A stretch of 49,774 nucleotides of DNA from Bacteroidales bacterium. GTDB taxonomy: Bacteria > Bacteroidota > Bacteroidia > Bacteroidales > JAFGXI01. Position numbers and translations under genes: made by a program. Below, in pieces: positions 35,838 to 45,832 of this stretch (positions are counted from its first letter, which is position 1; each line of letters opens with the position of its first letter). The DNA is taken from positions 1-49,774 of the forward strand of contig JAMOQL010000120.1 of NCBI GenBank assembly GCA_027064025.1, given 5' to 3'. Under the pieces are notes generated by a model that did not search any database, was not told where the DNA came from, and saw only the letters and a list, made by a program, of their open reading frames with translations.

Positions 35838-36959
35838 TTACTTTAATTTTTCGACCATAACCTGAGCAATACGCTCCGATGCTCCCGCCCCACCGAGGAC
35901 ATCTTCTAATTCTTGATATTCCTGAGCCAATTTCCCCCTATACTCTAAATCAAGAATTTTATCTAACTCTATTTTTAAATTTGCACTTGTTAAATCATTC
36001 TGTATCAACTCCGTAACAACTTCTCTGTCCAGTATTAGATTAACCAAAGATATATACTTAATATCAACAATTCGTTTTGCTATTTGAAACGAAGCGGCAT
36101 TTCCCTTGTAACAAACAACTTGTGGCACCTTAAATAAAGCGGTTTCCAAAGTGGCTGTTCCCGAAGTAATTAACCCTGCGTAGGCGTGCGATAATAAATC
36201 GTATGTTTTATTTACCACAAATTTAATGTCTTTACCACCGGCAATTTTTTGCACAAAATCTAAATCTAAAGTTGGAGCAACCGATACTACAAACTGATAA
36301 TTAGGATAGTCGTTTACCAAACTTAACATGATTGGTAATTTTACTTTTATTTCCTGCACCCTACTTCCTGGCAATAATGCAATAATTGGTCTATCATCTA
36401 ATTCGTATATTTTTTTAAAAACATCTAAACTAGGCTTAACACCTTTGTTGTATTGCTCAATTTCGTCTAATAGAGGATGACCAAAATAATTGACTTTATA
36501 ATTATGTTTTTGATAGAAAGGAGCTTCGAAGGGTAAAATAACAAACATTTCGTCAACAAATGCTTTAATCTTTTTTACTCTATTTTCTTTCCATGCCCAA
36601 ACCGTAGGAGAAATGTAATAAAAAACTTTAATGTTTTGTTTTTTCACAAACTCTGCAATCCTAAGATTAAAACCAGGATAATCTATCATAATCACTACAT
36701 CTGGCTGATATTCAAGAACCTGACTTTTACAAAGTTTGATATTCTTAAAAATCGTGCCTAGATTCTTCAACACTTCAGAAAACCCCATAAAAGCTAATTC
36801 CTTTATGTGTTTCAAAGGTTTATGACCAATCACTTCAGTCATTAAGTCACCTCCCCAATATTGGAATTCTGCTTGCGAATCAAATCTTTGAATTTGTTTT
36901 ACCAAATTGGCTCCATGCAAATCGCCAGATGCTTCGCCCGAAAGAATAAAATATTTCAT
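35838..36959 (-). CDS. lpxB: Lipid-A-disaccharide synthase
   Basis: 373 aa with the N-terminus MKYFILSGEASGDLHGANL and the LLPGSR and SGTATLE motifs typical of LpxB. Confidence 0.9.
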   Translation of the reverse strand: MKYFILSGEASGDLHGANLVKQIQRFDSQAEFQYWGGDLMTEVIGHKPLKHIKELAFMGFSEVLKNLGTIFKNIKLCKSQVLEYQPDVVIMIDYPGFNLRIAEFVKKQNIKVFYYISPTVWAWKENRVKKIKAFVDEMFVILPFEAPFYQKHNYKVNYFGHPLLDEIEQYNKGVKPSLDVFKKIYELDDRPIIALLPGSRVQEIKVKLPIMLSLVNDYPNYQFVVSVAPTLDLDFVQKIAGGKDIKFVVNKTYDLLSHAYAGLITSGTATLETALFKVPQVVCYKGNAASFQIAKRIVDIKYISLVNLILDREVVTELIQNDLTSANLKIELDKILDLEYRGKLAQEYQELEDVLGGAGASERIAQVMVEKLK

Positions 36960-36962
36960 CTT

Positions 36963-37292
36963 TTAATAATAAAATTTTAGTGCATAAACCAAAATAACCA
37001 TAAAAATAGTTGCCATCATTACGCCTTTCACCGTGAGGTAATTATTTTTCCAAATAAACAAAAAAAACAAAGCGAGATTTGGGATAGCACATAAACTAAA
37101 TAAAGCCGATAAACTAGAGTTGGCTCGTAACTTTGTCAAAAACTCAATTATACTTAAATTTTTGTTGGCTTCGGCATTGATAAATATCAAAGTTAATAGA
37201 GGAATAATAATTCCTAAAATCAAACCTAAAGGAAGGTTATTCACAACCGATTTAGGCTTATGTCCTTCTAAATATTCCATTATAAATTCCAA
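36963..37292 (-). CDS. Small integral membrane protein, function unknown
   Basis: 109 aa with three predicted TM helices. It lies between surE and lpxB, and its start overlaps the surE stop region. Confidence 0.55.
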   Translation of the reverse strand: MEFIMEYLEGHKPKSVVNNLPLGLILGIIIPLLTLIFINAEANKNLSIIEFLTKLRANSSLSALFSLCAIPNLALFFLFIWKNNYLTVKGVMMATIFMVILVYALKFYY

Positions 37293-38053
37293 TTCTTAAT
37301 ATTATCCATTTCGGCATAAGATGTTCCATCAATTTGTATTGGTACAATAGCAATATAGTTATTAGCTAAAGCCCATTCATCGGTATCTTCAACCTTAGGT
37401 TCAAAATTATCGAATGCCCCTGTCAGCCAATAATAATCGCCACCATTTGGGTCAGTTCTTTTAATATATTCCTCTTTCCAAACGCCTTTGGTTTGTCTGC
37501 AAATTTTCACTCCCTTAACCTCATTTATCGAAATATCTGGAACATTAACATTCAAGAATGTTTGGTCTTCAAGCCCATTTGCAAGAGTCTGTTCAATAAT
37601 TTTTGACATAAAATGTGTAACTGTAGAAAAATCGGCATCTTTATCGTGATTCAGCAAAGAAAATCCAATAGATGGAATCTGTTGCAAACAACCCTCGCGA
37701 GCGGCACCCAGTGTTCCTGAATACACTACAGATATCGAAGCGTTAGAGCCATGATTTACACCTGTTAATACTAAATCTGGTTTTCTTTCTACCAATTGAT
37801 TCATACCAATTTTAACACAATCGGCTGGAGTTCCGTTTATTACATAAAACGATAAATTTTCTTCATCTTTAATTTTACGTACTCGCAAAGGCGTTTTCAT
37901 AGTTATAGCATGCGACATCCCAGACTCTCCTCTTTCTGAGGAAACTACGATTAACTTACCGAAATTCTTAGCTACTGATATTATTGCAGCCAAACCCTTT
38001 GCTTGGTAGCCATCGTCATTTGATATTAGGATATATGGTTTTTTATTCGACAT
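37280..38053 (-). CDS. surE: 5'/3'-nucleotidase SurE
   Basis: I moved the start to the ATG at 38053 (MSNKKPYILISNDDGYQAKGL, the canonical SurE N-terminus). Also present: GVNHGSN and SGTLGAAREG. Confidence 0.9.
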   Translation of the reverse strand: MSNKKPYILISNDDGYQAKGLAAIISVAKNFGKLIVVSSERGESGMSHAITMKTPLRVRKIKDEENLSFYVINGTPADCVKIGMNQLVERKPDLVLTGVNHGSNASISVVYSGTLGAAREGCLQQIPSIGFSLLNHDKDADFSTVTHFMSKIIEQTLANGLEDQTFLNVNVPDISINEVKGVKICRQTKGVWKEEYIKRTDPNGGDYYWLTGAFDNFEPKVEDTDEWALANNYIAIVPIQIDGTSYAEMDNIKNWNL

Positions 38054-38195
38054 ATGTATCAATTTAATCGGTAAAAATAGTTTAAGATGATGATTTATTA
38101 AACAGATAACGAATAAGTAATTCATTTCTTTTCAACACTAACAAAATTGGCAATATTATTCAAAACTTGTACTTTTACTAACAAATAATTTTGAG

Positions 38196-38546
38196 ATGGA
38201 CATAGAACAAACAAGAGAATTCTGCTTAAGCCTAAAAGGAACTTCAGAAAGTATGCCTTTCGACAATACTACAATTGTATTTCGAGTTATGTCTAAAATG
38301 TTTTGTCTAGAATCTATTAATAAAAAAAGCATCAACTTAAAAGCTGACCCTAAAACAGTTAACAAATTAATTGAAGAATATTCATCGATACTCCCTGGTT
38401 ATCATATGAATAAAAAACATTGGATAACTGTAGATTTAGAAAACTTCAAAAGCGATAAATCCCTAAAGACCTTAATTATGGACTCGTATAACTTAGTGAT
38501 TACGAAAATGACTAAAAAAGAAAAAACCGAATTAGCACTTTTATAA
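38196..38546 (+). CDS. MmcQ/YjbR-family protein
   Basis: 116 aa. The motifs REFCLSLKG..E..PFD....VFRV..KMF and GYHMNKKHWITV are typical of the YjbR family. Confidence 0.75.
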   Translation: MDIEQTREFCLSLKGTSESMPFDNTTIVFRVMSKMFCLESINKKSINLKADPKTVNKLIEEYSSILPGYHMNKKHWITVDLENFKSDKSLKTLIMDSYNLVITKMTKKEKTELALL

Positions 38547-38619
38547 AGCCAATTATCCATTTGTTAGAATTTCTTATAAAAAGATAGTATCTATCATTCT
38601 TTTATTAAATCTATTTCCT

Positions 38620-38627
38620 TATTTTTG
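38620..38627 (+). promoter_or_regulatory. -7 box candidate (TATTTTTG) for slyD
   Basis: Matches TAnnTTTG and lies 37 nt upstream of the ATG at 38664. It overlaps the ORF-track TTG start at 38625, which argues against that start. Confidence 0.4.
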
Positions 38628-38663
38628 CCCGAGTTTTTTTATAAATATAATAATATCAATAAC

Positions 38664-39206
38664 ATGATTGAAAAGAACAAGGTGGTAAGTTTACATTACC
38701 GTTTACGTAAAGACAACAACGCAGGTGAGCTTATCGAAGAAACATATAACGCTCAGCCTTTAACATTTTTGTATGGTGTTGGAGGAATGATTCCTAAATT
38801 TGAAACAGAAATTGTAGGATTAAACGAAAAAGATAATTTTTCATTCGGTATCGAAGCTAAAGACTCTTATGGCGAATTTGACGAAACCGCAATCGTAGAT
38901 TTAGACATTAATATTTTTAAAGTTGATGGTAAATTAGACGAAAATGTAATTCAAATTGGAGCCATGGTTCCCATGAAAAATGCAGAAGGTCATAGAATTG
39001 ATGGTAAAGTAAATGCTATTACAGAAGAGCATATAAAAATGGATTTTAACCATCCATTAGCTGGCCAAAATTTACACTTCGAAGGTGAAATTATTGAGCT
39101 TAGAGATGCAACGGAAGAAGAGATTCAACATGGACACGTTCACCAAGAGGGACATCACCACCACGAAGAGGGTCATGAGTGTACAGGAAACTGTGGAAGC
39201 CACTAG
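38664..39206 (+). CDS. slyD: FKBP-type peptidyl-prolyl cis-trans isomerase SlyD with a His-rich metal-binding tail
   Basis: I moved the start to the ATG at 38664 (MIEKNKVVSLHYRL..). It has FKBP plus IF-insert layout, HPLAGQNLHFEGEI, and the C-terminal tail HGHVHQEGHHHHEEGHECTGNCGSH. Confidence 0.85.
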   Translation: MIEKNKVVSLHYRLRKDNNAGELIEETYNAQPLTFLYGVGGMIPKFETEIVGLNEKDNFSFGIEAKDSYGEFDETAIVDLDINIFKVDGKLDENVIQIGAMVPMKNAEGHRIDGKVNAITEEHIKMDFNHPLAGQNLHFEGEIIELRDATEEEIQHGHVHQEGHHHHEEGHECTGNCGSH

Positions 39207-39228
39207 AATTTAACAAAATATTCTATTA

Positions 39229-39262
39229 AGCAGGTGTTATTAATTTAGCATCTGCTTTTTTA
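39229..39262 (+). terminator. Rho-independent terminator after slyD
   Basis: The hairpin agcaggtg / catctgct has an 8-bp stem with one G-T pair and a 12-nt loop. It is followed by TTTTTTAT. Confidence 0.6.
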
Positions 39263-39310
39263 TTTGGTCACTATTTAAGTTAAAACGATGCACTTGCAGG
39301 GCATAATAAT

Positions 39311-40384
39311 TTATTGCTGCTTTTCAATCAAATAATAATAATGAGCTGGTAAATGCTGCCAAAACACATTCATAATTTTATCGTCCGAACTGGTTTCCCA
39401 TGGCTTTAAAATAACTTGAACCCCTACAGGAAAGAAAGAAAAATCGTTAACATATTCAGGAGTTTGGAAATCTCCTACTTTCTTAGAGATTTGCTTTTTC
39501 ATCTTTTTCCCCAAATTCTTTTTAAACCTCCTCTGCGATTTATCAGTCGGATTCTTCATCGAATTATAAATCCTTTTTATCACAATACGTTTAATAAATG
39601 GAATCTTGAAATCATTATTTTCTAAAGAAGCAAAAGGATTAACTTCTACCATATTATCTGGCGACTGAATGGAAAAAGGCAATTGTGGCACCCAGTCCGA
39701 GTTATTGATGATAGTGTAAGAAGGATTCTTCAGACTAGTGTAACTCGCATAATCGTATGCAAAAAAGCGATTACCCGGTTTGGGCGATGCAAAAGCATAT
39801 ACCTTAAAACGATTCTTTTTGGATAGTTGACCTTCGGGTAAATATTGAAAAGCAGCCCGCAACAAATGAGCTAAAGCCCCTCCCTGACTATGTCCTGTAA
39901 TATAAATGTCATAAATTCCTTTAGCATTCATTTCTTTTATATGCGACAAAATATCAGACATCATAAACGAAACACCCATCGTCCACCCCACATGAACTGC
40001 AGCTCGTTTATCTTCGGCATATTTATAATGTACTTTCTGACTATCGGGCAATACTAGATTTCCTTCTGCAGGAATCATTGCTGCATAAAAATTCTCGTAC
40101 CAAGAAATAGACTGCCGAGTGGTTCCTCTTAGGTTAATAACCATAGCCTGATTACCTTTCTGCCAAAGCTGCCATTTATTTTCCATCTTAAACAATTTGG
40201 ACTCATAAATTAATGAATAAGTAGAGTCTATATAAGTTGAGTCAACATCTTTTATTTTTCCATTAATCCAATAGTTACAAATGGCAACTAAATTCATCGC
40301 TTCATGTTTATCGAAAACAGTAGTAAATTGAGCATTTACTAACATCGAATTCGCTAAAATAATAACAAAAAAATATTTTTTCAT
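39311..40384 (-). CDS. Secreted class 3 lipase-family alpha/beta hydrolase
   Basis: 357 aa with a signal peptide (..LVNAQ) and the nucleophile elbow ITGHSQGGALAHL. Confidence 0.75.
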   Translation of the reverse strand: MKKYFFVIILANSMLVNAQFTTVFDKHEAMNLVAICNYWINGKIKDVDSTYIDSTYSLIYESKLFKMENKWQLWQKGNQAMVINLRGTTRQSISWYENFYAAMIPAEGNLVLPDSQKVHYKYAEDKRAAVHVGWTMGVSFMMSDILSHIKEMNAKGIYDIYITGHSQGGALAHLLRAAFQYLPEGQLSKKNRFKVYAFASPKPGNRFFAYDYASYTSLKNPSYTIINNSDWVPQLPFSIQSPDNMVEVNPFASLENNDFKIPFIKRIVIKRIYNSMKNPTDKSQRRFKKNLGKKMKKQISKKVGDFQTPEYVNDFSFFPVGVQVILKPWETSSDDKIMNVFWQHLPAHYYYLIEKQQ

Positions 40385-40467
40385 ATTAATAAATTATAAA
40401 ATTATAGCTCTAAATTAATTATTTCTTATTTACGAGTCCCATAAAATCCTGATATTCAAAACATTCT

Positions 40468-43389
40468 TTATACAAGTGCCCCGTACAAAATACTAATCGG
40501 ATGCAATACGTCTCGGCTTGTCCCATCTTTTATTTGATGTCTACAACTTGTTCCTGGAGCAGAAATCAAGGTTTCTTTTTCCGTTTTACGAACAGATGGA
40601 AACAAAACTAATTCACCTATTTTCATCGATAAATCGTAATGCTCTTTTTCGTAACCAAACGAACCAGCCATACCACAGCAACCTGAAGGTATTTCCTCTA
40701 CCGAATAATTTTTGGGGAACGATAAAATTATTTTAGTAGGGTCGGTCGAGGCTATCGCCTTTTGCTGACAGTGTCCATGAAGCTTTATTTTTTGCTCTGC
40801 ATCAGTAAATTGCTCTTGCTTTATCTTTCCTTTTTTTATTTCTGATGCTAGAAATTCATCAATCATCAACACATTTTTAGCTAAAGCTTTCGCCGATTTT
40901 TTTAACTCATTGCCAACCAAATCTGGATATTCATCTCTAAAACTCAATATGGCTGATGGTTCAATTCCAATCAATGGAATTTCGCTAGTTACTTTATCTT
41001 TCAATAAATTAACATTTTCTATCGCCAATACTTTGGCTTTTCTTATTAATCCTTTCGATATATAAGCTCGCCCACTTTCTTTATGACTAGGGATTATAAC
41101 TTTATAGCCCAATTTATTAAGCAATCGAATGGCTGTTATACCAATATCGGAATCGTTAAAATTGGTAAACTCGTCGTTAAACAAATAAACTGTCCCATTT
41201 TTACCTTCGGTTGCAGTAAGTGTTTTTACGTATTTCGATAAGGACACTTTCGACAATAAAGGGATACTCCTTTTAGATGCAAAACCTATCGAAGATTTTA
41301 TAATTGCAGATGTGAATTTATTGCCCATAAAAAAATTAGTAATGGGTCTAAACATCATTCCAAAAGCATTAATTTTAGAAATATTAGCAATTAGTTTGGT
41401 TCGTAGAGGGACTCCATTTTTATCATAATAATGCTGCAAAAACTCCGCTTTTAATTTAGCAACATCTACACTCGAAGGACACTCCGACTTGCAGGCTTTA
41501 CAGGACAAACACAAATCCATCACCTCATAAATTTCTTGCTGGTCGAAAGGATTAATCTTCTCCGATCGTGTCAAGAATTCTCTTAAAACATTAGCTCTAG
41601 CACGAGTAGTCTGATTTTCATTTTTACTAGCCTGATACGATGGACACATAGTCCCTCCCATCAAATGCGACTTTCTACAATCTCCTGAGCCATTACATTT
41701 TTCGGCAGATTCTAATAATCCACCATTTTCAGAAAAATCGAAAAAAGTTTCAAAAGCTTTATTTGCTTGATTGGGCTCAAAACGCAACGAGCTATTCATT
41801 TTAGGCGTATCGACAATTTTATTTGGATTAAAAATACCTTTGGGGTCCCAAACTTGCTTTATATCTTTAAACATCCGATAAACTTTCTCGCCCATCATTA
41901 ATGGGATAAATTCGCCACGCAAACGCCCATCACCATGCTCTCCACTTAACGAGCCATTATATTTTTTCACCAGTTTTGCCACTTCCAAAGCAATGGTATG
42001 AAATAACTCCTGCCCCTCTTTAGTTTTTAAATTCATTACAGGGCGTAGATGAATCTCGCCTGTAGCAATATGCGCATAATACACACAAGATAAATTATGT
42101 TGTTTTAGTAAAGCGTTAAAATCGTCTATATAAGCTTCTAAATGTTCTGGCAAAACAGCAGTATCTTCAATTACTGGAACAGGTTTAGCATCACCTTTCA
42201 TATTCGACAATAAGCCCAAACCTGCTTTACGAACATCCCATACCTTTGAAATATCTTTACCACGAATTATTGGGAAATGATAACCCAAATTGGCTTCTCT
42301 CATCTCCTTTTCCATTTCTTCTGTAATTTCAGAGATTTCTTCTAGGCTCAATTTATCGAACTCTACCATTAACATAGCCCCAGGATCTCCTTCGATAAAA
42401 AATCTATTTTTTGCAGATGCTCTATTCTCCTTGGCCAAATCCATTATGGTTTTATCCATCAATTCAATAGCAGAAGGATTATGTTTTAATGCAATTAAAT
42501 TGGCTCGAATGGCTTCCGTTACAGAATTTAGATGAACACAAACTAAAGCCTTCTCCGATGGAGGAAGATGTGTTAAGCGAACTTTCAGTTCTGTCATAAA
42601 CATCAAAGTTCCTTCAGAACCAGCAATCAATTTAGAAAAATTGAAAGGGATTGGAGTGTCTTGAAAGGGTTCAGACTCTAACAATAAATCGAGGGCATAA
42701 CCCGTATTTCTTCTTTTATTTTTCGGATTAGGGAACTGCTCAGTAATCTCTTTTTGGTTTTCTTCGGAAGATAACAGTGAATAAATATGTTTATAAATTT
42801 TATTTTCTAAGCGTATCCCCGTAGCTTTCCTCTTAAACTCCTCTAAAAACAGAGGTTTAAAATGAACCTCTGAACCATCTGAAAGAAAGCCTTTTACTTC
42901 TTGGAGATGCTCTCTTGTACTACCATAAACTAAAGAATGTGCCCCACAAGAATTATTACCGACCATTCCACCCATATTACATCTGTTCGAGGTAGATGTT
43001 TCTGGTGAGAAAAATAGTCCCTCTTTTTTCAAGATTAGATTCAACTCGTCCCGAACTACTCCTGGTTCAATAATAGCATAGCCTTTCTCTGTATTAATCT
43101 CTTTTATTCGAGTAAAATATTTCGAAATATCAACTACAATTCCATAACCCACCACTTGCCCAGCCAAAGAGGTTCCCGCAGCACGCGGAATGAGAGGAAT
43201 TTGATATTGATTAGCAAAATCGATAATCGTTTTAATATCCGATTTATGCTTTGGTTTTACGATTGCAATTGGCATTTCTCGATAAGCCGAAGCATCAGTC
43301 GCATAAATAATTTTATTTAAATCGTCAGTATGTACATCTCCATCGAATTTTAATTGATGAAGAAGCTGATGTATCTCTTGTTCTTGCAT
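40468..43389 (-). CDS. ydiJ: FAD-linked oxidase fused to a (Fe-S)/CCG-domain oxidoreductase (YdiJ-like, putative D-2-hydroxyacid dehydrogenase)
   Basis: 973 aa. It has an N-terminal FAD_binding_4-type domain (PRAAGTSLAGQ), a 4Fe-4S motif region CLSCKACKSECPS and C-terminal CCG-like CCGMAGSFG. The architecture matches E. coli YdiJ. Confidence 0.75.
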   Translation of the reverse strand: MQEQEIHQLLHQLKFDGDVHTDDLNKIIYATDASAYREMPIAIVKPKHKSDIKTIIDFANQYQIPLIPRAAGTSLAGQVVGYGIVVDISKYFTRIKEINTEKGYAIIEPGVVRDELNLILKKEGLFFSPETSTSNRCNMGGMVGNNSCGAHSLVYGSTREHLQEVKGFLSDGSEVHFKPLFLEEFKRKATGIRLENKIYKHIYSLLSSEENQKEITEQFPNPKNKRRNTGYALDLLLESEPFQDTPIPFNFSKLIAGSEGTLMFMTELKVRLTHLPPSEKALVCVHLNSVTEAIRANLIALKHNPSAIELMDKTIMDLAKENRASAKNRFFIEGDPGAMLMVEFDKLSLEEISEITEEMEKEMREANLGYHFPIIRGKDISKVWDVRKAGLGLLSNMKGDAKPVPVIEDTAVLPEHLEAYIDDFNALLKQHNLSCVYYAHIATGEIHLRPVMNLKTKEGQELFHTIALEVAKLVKKYNGSLSGEHGDGRLRGEFIPLMMGEKVYRMFKDIKQVWDPKGIFNPNKIVDTPKMNSSLRFEPNQANKAFETFFDFSENGGLLESAEKCNGSGDCRKSHLMGGTMCPSYQASKNENQTTRARANVLREFLTRSEKINPFDQQEIYEVMDLCLSCKACKSECPSSVDVAKLKAEFLQHYYDKNGVPLRTKLIANISKINAFGMMFRPITNFFMGNKFTSAIIKSSIGFASKRSIPLLSKVSLSKYVKTLTATEGKNGTVYLFNDEFTNFNDSDIGITAIRLLNKLGYKVIIPSHKESGRAYISKGLIRKAKVLAIENVNLLKDKVTSEIPLIGIEPSAILSFRDEYPDLVGNELKKSAKALAKNVLMIDEFLASEIKKGKIKQEQFTDAEQKIKLHGHCQQKAIASTDPTKIILSFPKNYSVEEIPSGCCGMAGSFGYEKEHYDLSMKIGELVLFPSVRKTEKETLISAPGTSCRHQIKDGTSRDVLHPISILYGALV

Positions 43390-43466
43390 TAATTGTAAAG
43401 TGTTAAATATTACTAAACAAAGCTAAAAAGTTTATGTTGAAAAAGTATCTTTGAAATAGATTTAAT

Positions 43467-43474
43467 TATCTTTG
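43467..43474 (+). promoter_or_regulatory. -7 box candidate (TATCTTTG), with a second identical copy at 43446..43453
   Basis: Two exact TAnnTTTG matches lie 18 and 39 nt upstream of the ATG at 43492. Confidence 0.35.
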
Positions 43475-43491
43475 CTAAAAAAATTATTTTT

Positions 43492-44217
43492 ATGTCGGAC
43501 AGCATTGTCATTATCCCTACTTATAACGAGAAAGAAAATATCGAAAATATAATACGAACTGTATTTTCTTTCGAAAAAAATTTTCATATTTTAATAATTG
43601 AAGATAATTCGCCCGACGGAACTGCTGATATTGTAAAAAATCTTCAAAAAGAATTTTCTGGTTCTTTACATATTCTTGAACGTAAGGGAAAATTAGGATT
43701 AGGAACAGCATATATTGCTGGTTTCAATTGGTCGCTAGAGCAAGAATATAAATATATTTTTGAAATGGATGCTGATTTTTCGCATCCACCAGAAAAGCTA
43801 AATGACTTATACGAATCATGCTCTAAAAACGGTGCAGATATGGCAATAGGTTCTCGTTATAAATCTGGTGTAAATGTGGTTAATTGGCCAATGGGACGGG
43901 TGTTAATGTCATATTACGCATCTGCTTATGTTCGTTTAATCACAGGAATGTCTATACGAGATACCACTGCTGGTTTTGCTTGCTATACCAGAAAAGTCCT
44001 AGAAACTATCGATTTAGATAACATCAAAATGGTCGGTTATGCTTTCCAAATAGAAATGAAATTTACAACTTGGAAACTTGGATTTAATATAGAAGAAATT
44101 CCTATTATTTTTACTGACAGAACATTAGGAACCTCAAAAATGTCTGGAGGGATATTCTCTGAAGCGATTATGGGGGTGCTTAAAATGAAAATAAAATCTT
44201 GGTTTACAAAATATTAG
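43492..44217 (+). CDS. Polyprenol monophosphomannose synthase (GT2, Dpm1-like)
   Basis: 241 aa with the motifs VIIPTYNEKENI, EDNSPDGT and MDADFSHPP. Confidence 0.85.
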   Translation: MSDSIVIIPTYNEKENIENIIRTVFSFEKNFHILIIEDNSPDGTADIVKNLQKEFSGSLHILERKGKLGLGTAYIAGFNWSLEQEYKYIFEMDADFSHPPEKLNDLYESCSKNGADMAIGSRYKSGVNVVNWPMGRVLMSYYASAYVRLITGMSIRDTTAGFACYTRKVLETIDLDNIKMVGYAFQIEMKFTTWKLGFNIEEIPIIFTDRTLGTSKMSGGIFSEAIMGVLKMKIKSWFTKY

Positions 44218-44301
44218 AATAATTACCTTTGATTACTAAACTGTACGAATAAATAAACTTTTTCAACTTTGAAACCTTATAGCCTATTTAACTAAAAGAA
44301 C

Positions 44302-45642
44302 ATGAAAACTCTAATACACAATGCCACTATCATTAATGAAGGTCAAACTTTTAAAGGTGCCCTTCTAATTAATAATGATAAAATTGAAACAGTTTATACA
44401 ACTCCAATCACCAAGCTACCTACAGATATTAATCTAATTGATGCTGAAGGGAAATGGTTAATACCTGGAGTTATCGATGACCAAGTACATTTTCGAGAGC
44501 CTGGTTTAACCCACAAAGGAAATATTGCAAGCGAATCTCGTGCAGCCATTGCTGGTGGGGTTACATCGTTTATGGATATGCCAAATGTCAACCCACAAAC
44601 TACAACTCAGGAGGAACTTACAAAGAAATTTGAAATTGGTCAAAAAACGAGTTATGCTAATTTTTCATTTTATTTTGGTGCTACAAACGATAATTTAGAT
44701 GAAATTCTTAAAACAAACCCCAAAACAACTTGTGGGATAAAAGTATTTATGGGCTCTTCTACAGGTAATATGCTAGTGAACAACCCCGAAATTTTAGAAG
44801 CCATTTTCAAAAATGCTCCCACATTGATTGCTACTCACTGCGAAGACGAAACCACTATCAATAAAAATATAGACCTCTATAAAGAAAAATACGGAGAACA
44901 GGTTCCTTTAGAAATGCACCCCAAAATCAGAAGCGAAGAGGCCTGTTTTTTATCTTCTTCTTACGCCGTTAAATTAGCAAAAAAACATAATACCCGTTTA
45001 CATGTTCTGCATCTTTCAACAGCCAAAGAACTAGAATTGTTTGAAGATGTTAATTTAAAAAATAAAAATATTACAGCAGAAGTATGTGTACACCATATGT
45101 GGTTTTCTGAAGAAGATTACAAAACAAAAGGGACACATATAAAATGGAATCCTGCAGTAAAAACCAAATACGATAGAGACGAGCTTTTAAAAGCTGCTTC
45201 GGGAAATCGCTTAGCCGTAATTGCCACCGACCACGCACCACATACTGCCGAAGAAAAAGACAATAGCTATTTTAAAGCACCTTCTGGTGGACCAATGATT
45301 CAGCACTCTTTAGTAACTATGCTAGAATTATCGAAGAAAGGAAAAATCAGCAAAGAAAAAGTAATTGAAAAAATGTGTCATGCGCCTGCCGATTTATTTC
45401 AAATTGAAAAACGAGGATATTTAAAAGAAGGTTATTTTGCAGATTTAACAATCGTCGACCCAAATCAAGAGTGGACGGTTAATAAAGAAAATATTTTGTA
45501 TAAATGTGGTTGGTCACCTCTCGAGGGACAAACATTCTCCCACAAAGTTACACAAACTTTTGTCAATGGTGTTTTAGCTTTCGATAACGGAACTATCAAC
45601 GAAGATCATAGAGGTATGGCTTTATCCTTTAATAGGGAATAG
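44302..45642 (+). CDS. pyrC: Dihydroorotase (class I, amidohydrolase superfamily)
   Basis: 446 aa with the motifs DDQVHFREPG and ATDHAPH and an overall cyclic amidohydrolase layout. A role as allantoinase or dihydropyrimidinase cannot be excluded from sequence alone. Confidence 0.75.
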   Translation: MKTLIHNATIINEGQTFKGALLINNDKIETVYTTPITKLPTDINLIDAEGKWLIPGVIDDQVHFREPGLTHKGNIASESRAAIAGGVTSFMDMPNVNPQTTTQEELTKKFEIGQKTSYANFSFYFGATNDNLDEILKTNPKTTCGIKVFMGSSTGNMLVNNPEILEAIFKNAPTLIATHCEDETTINKNIDLYKEKYGEQVPLEMHPKIRSEEACFLSSSYAVKLAKKHNTRLHVLHLSTAKELELFEDVNLKNKNITAEVCVHHMWFSEEDYKTKGTHIKWNPAVKTKYDRDELLKAASGNRLAVIATDHAPHTAEEKDNSYFKAPSGGPMIQHSLVTMLELSKKGKISKEKVIEKMCHAPADLFQIEKRGYLKEGYFADLTIVDPNQEWTVNKENILYKCGWSPLEGQTFSHKVTQTFVNGVLAFDNGTINEDHRGMALSFNRE

Positions 45643-45832
45643 ATTAACTATTCGTATCCTAAAGACCGAGCCTACTATTATAAAATATAAAAAATAATAT
45701 ATATTAACTTAATACAAACATCGGAAAATTAAATATCACCTTAAACAAACTAAACAAAGCTGTAACAAATTTTGAGTTATTGCGTCACAAGATTAATACT
45801 AAATAATAAGCACAATAAATAAATTAAAAACA

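Noticed and set aside
38186-38193. TAATTTTG box immediately upstream of the YjbR-family gene, considered as its promoter
   Set aside because: It ends only 2 nt before the ATG at 38196, which is incompatible with a -7 box for that start codon. It is probably a chance match.
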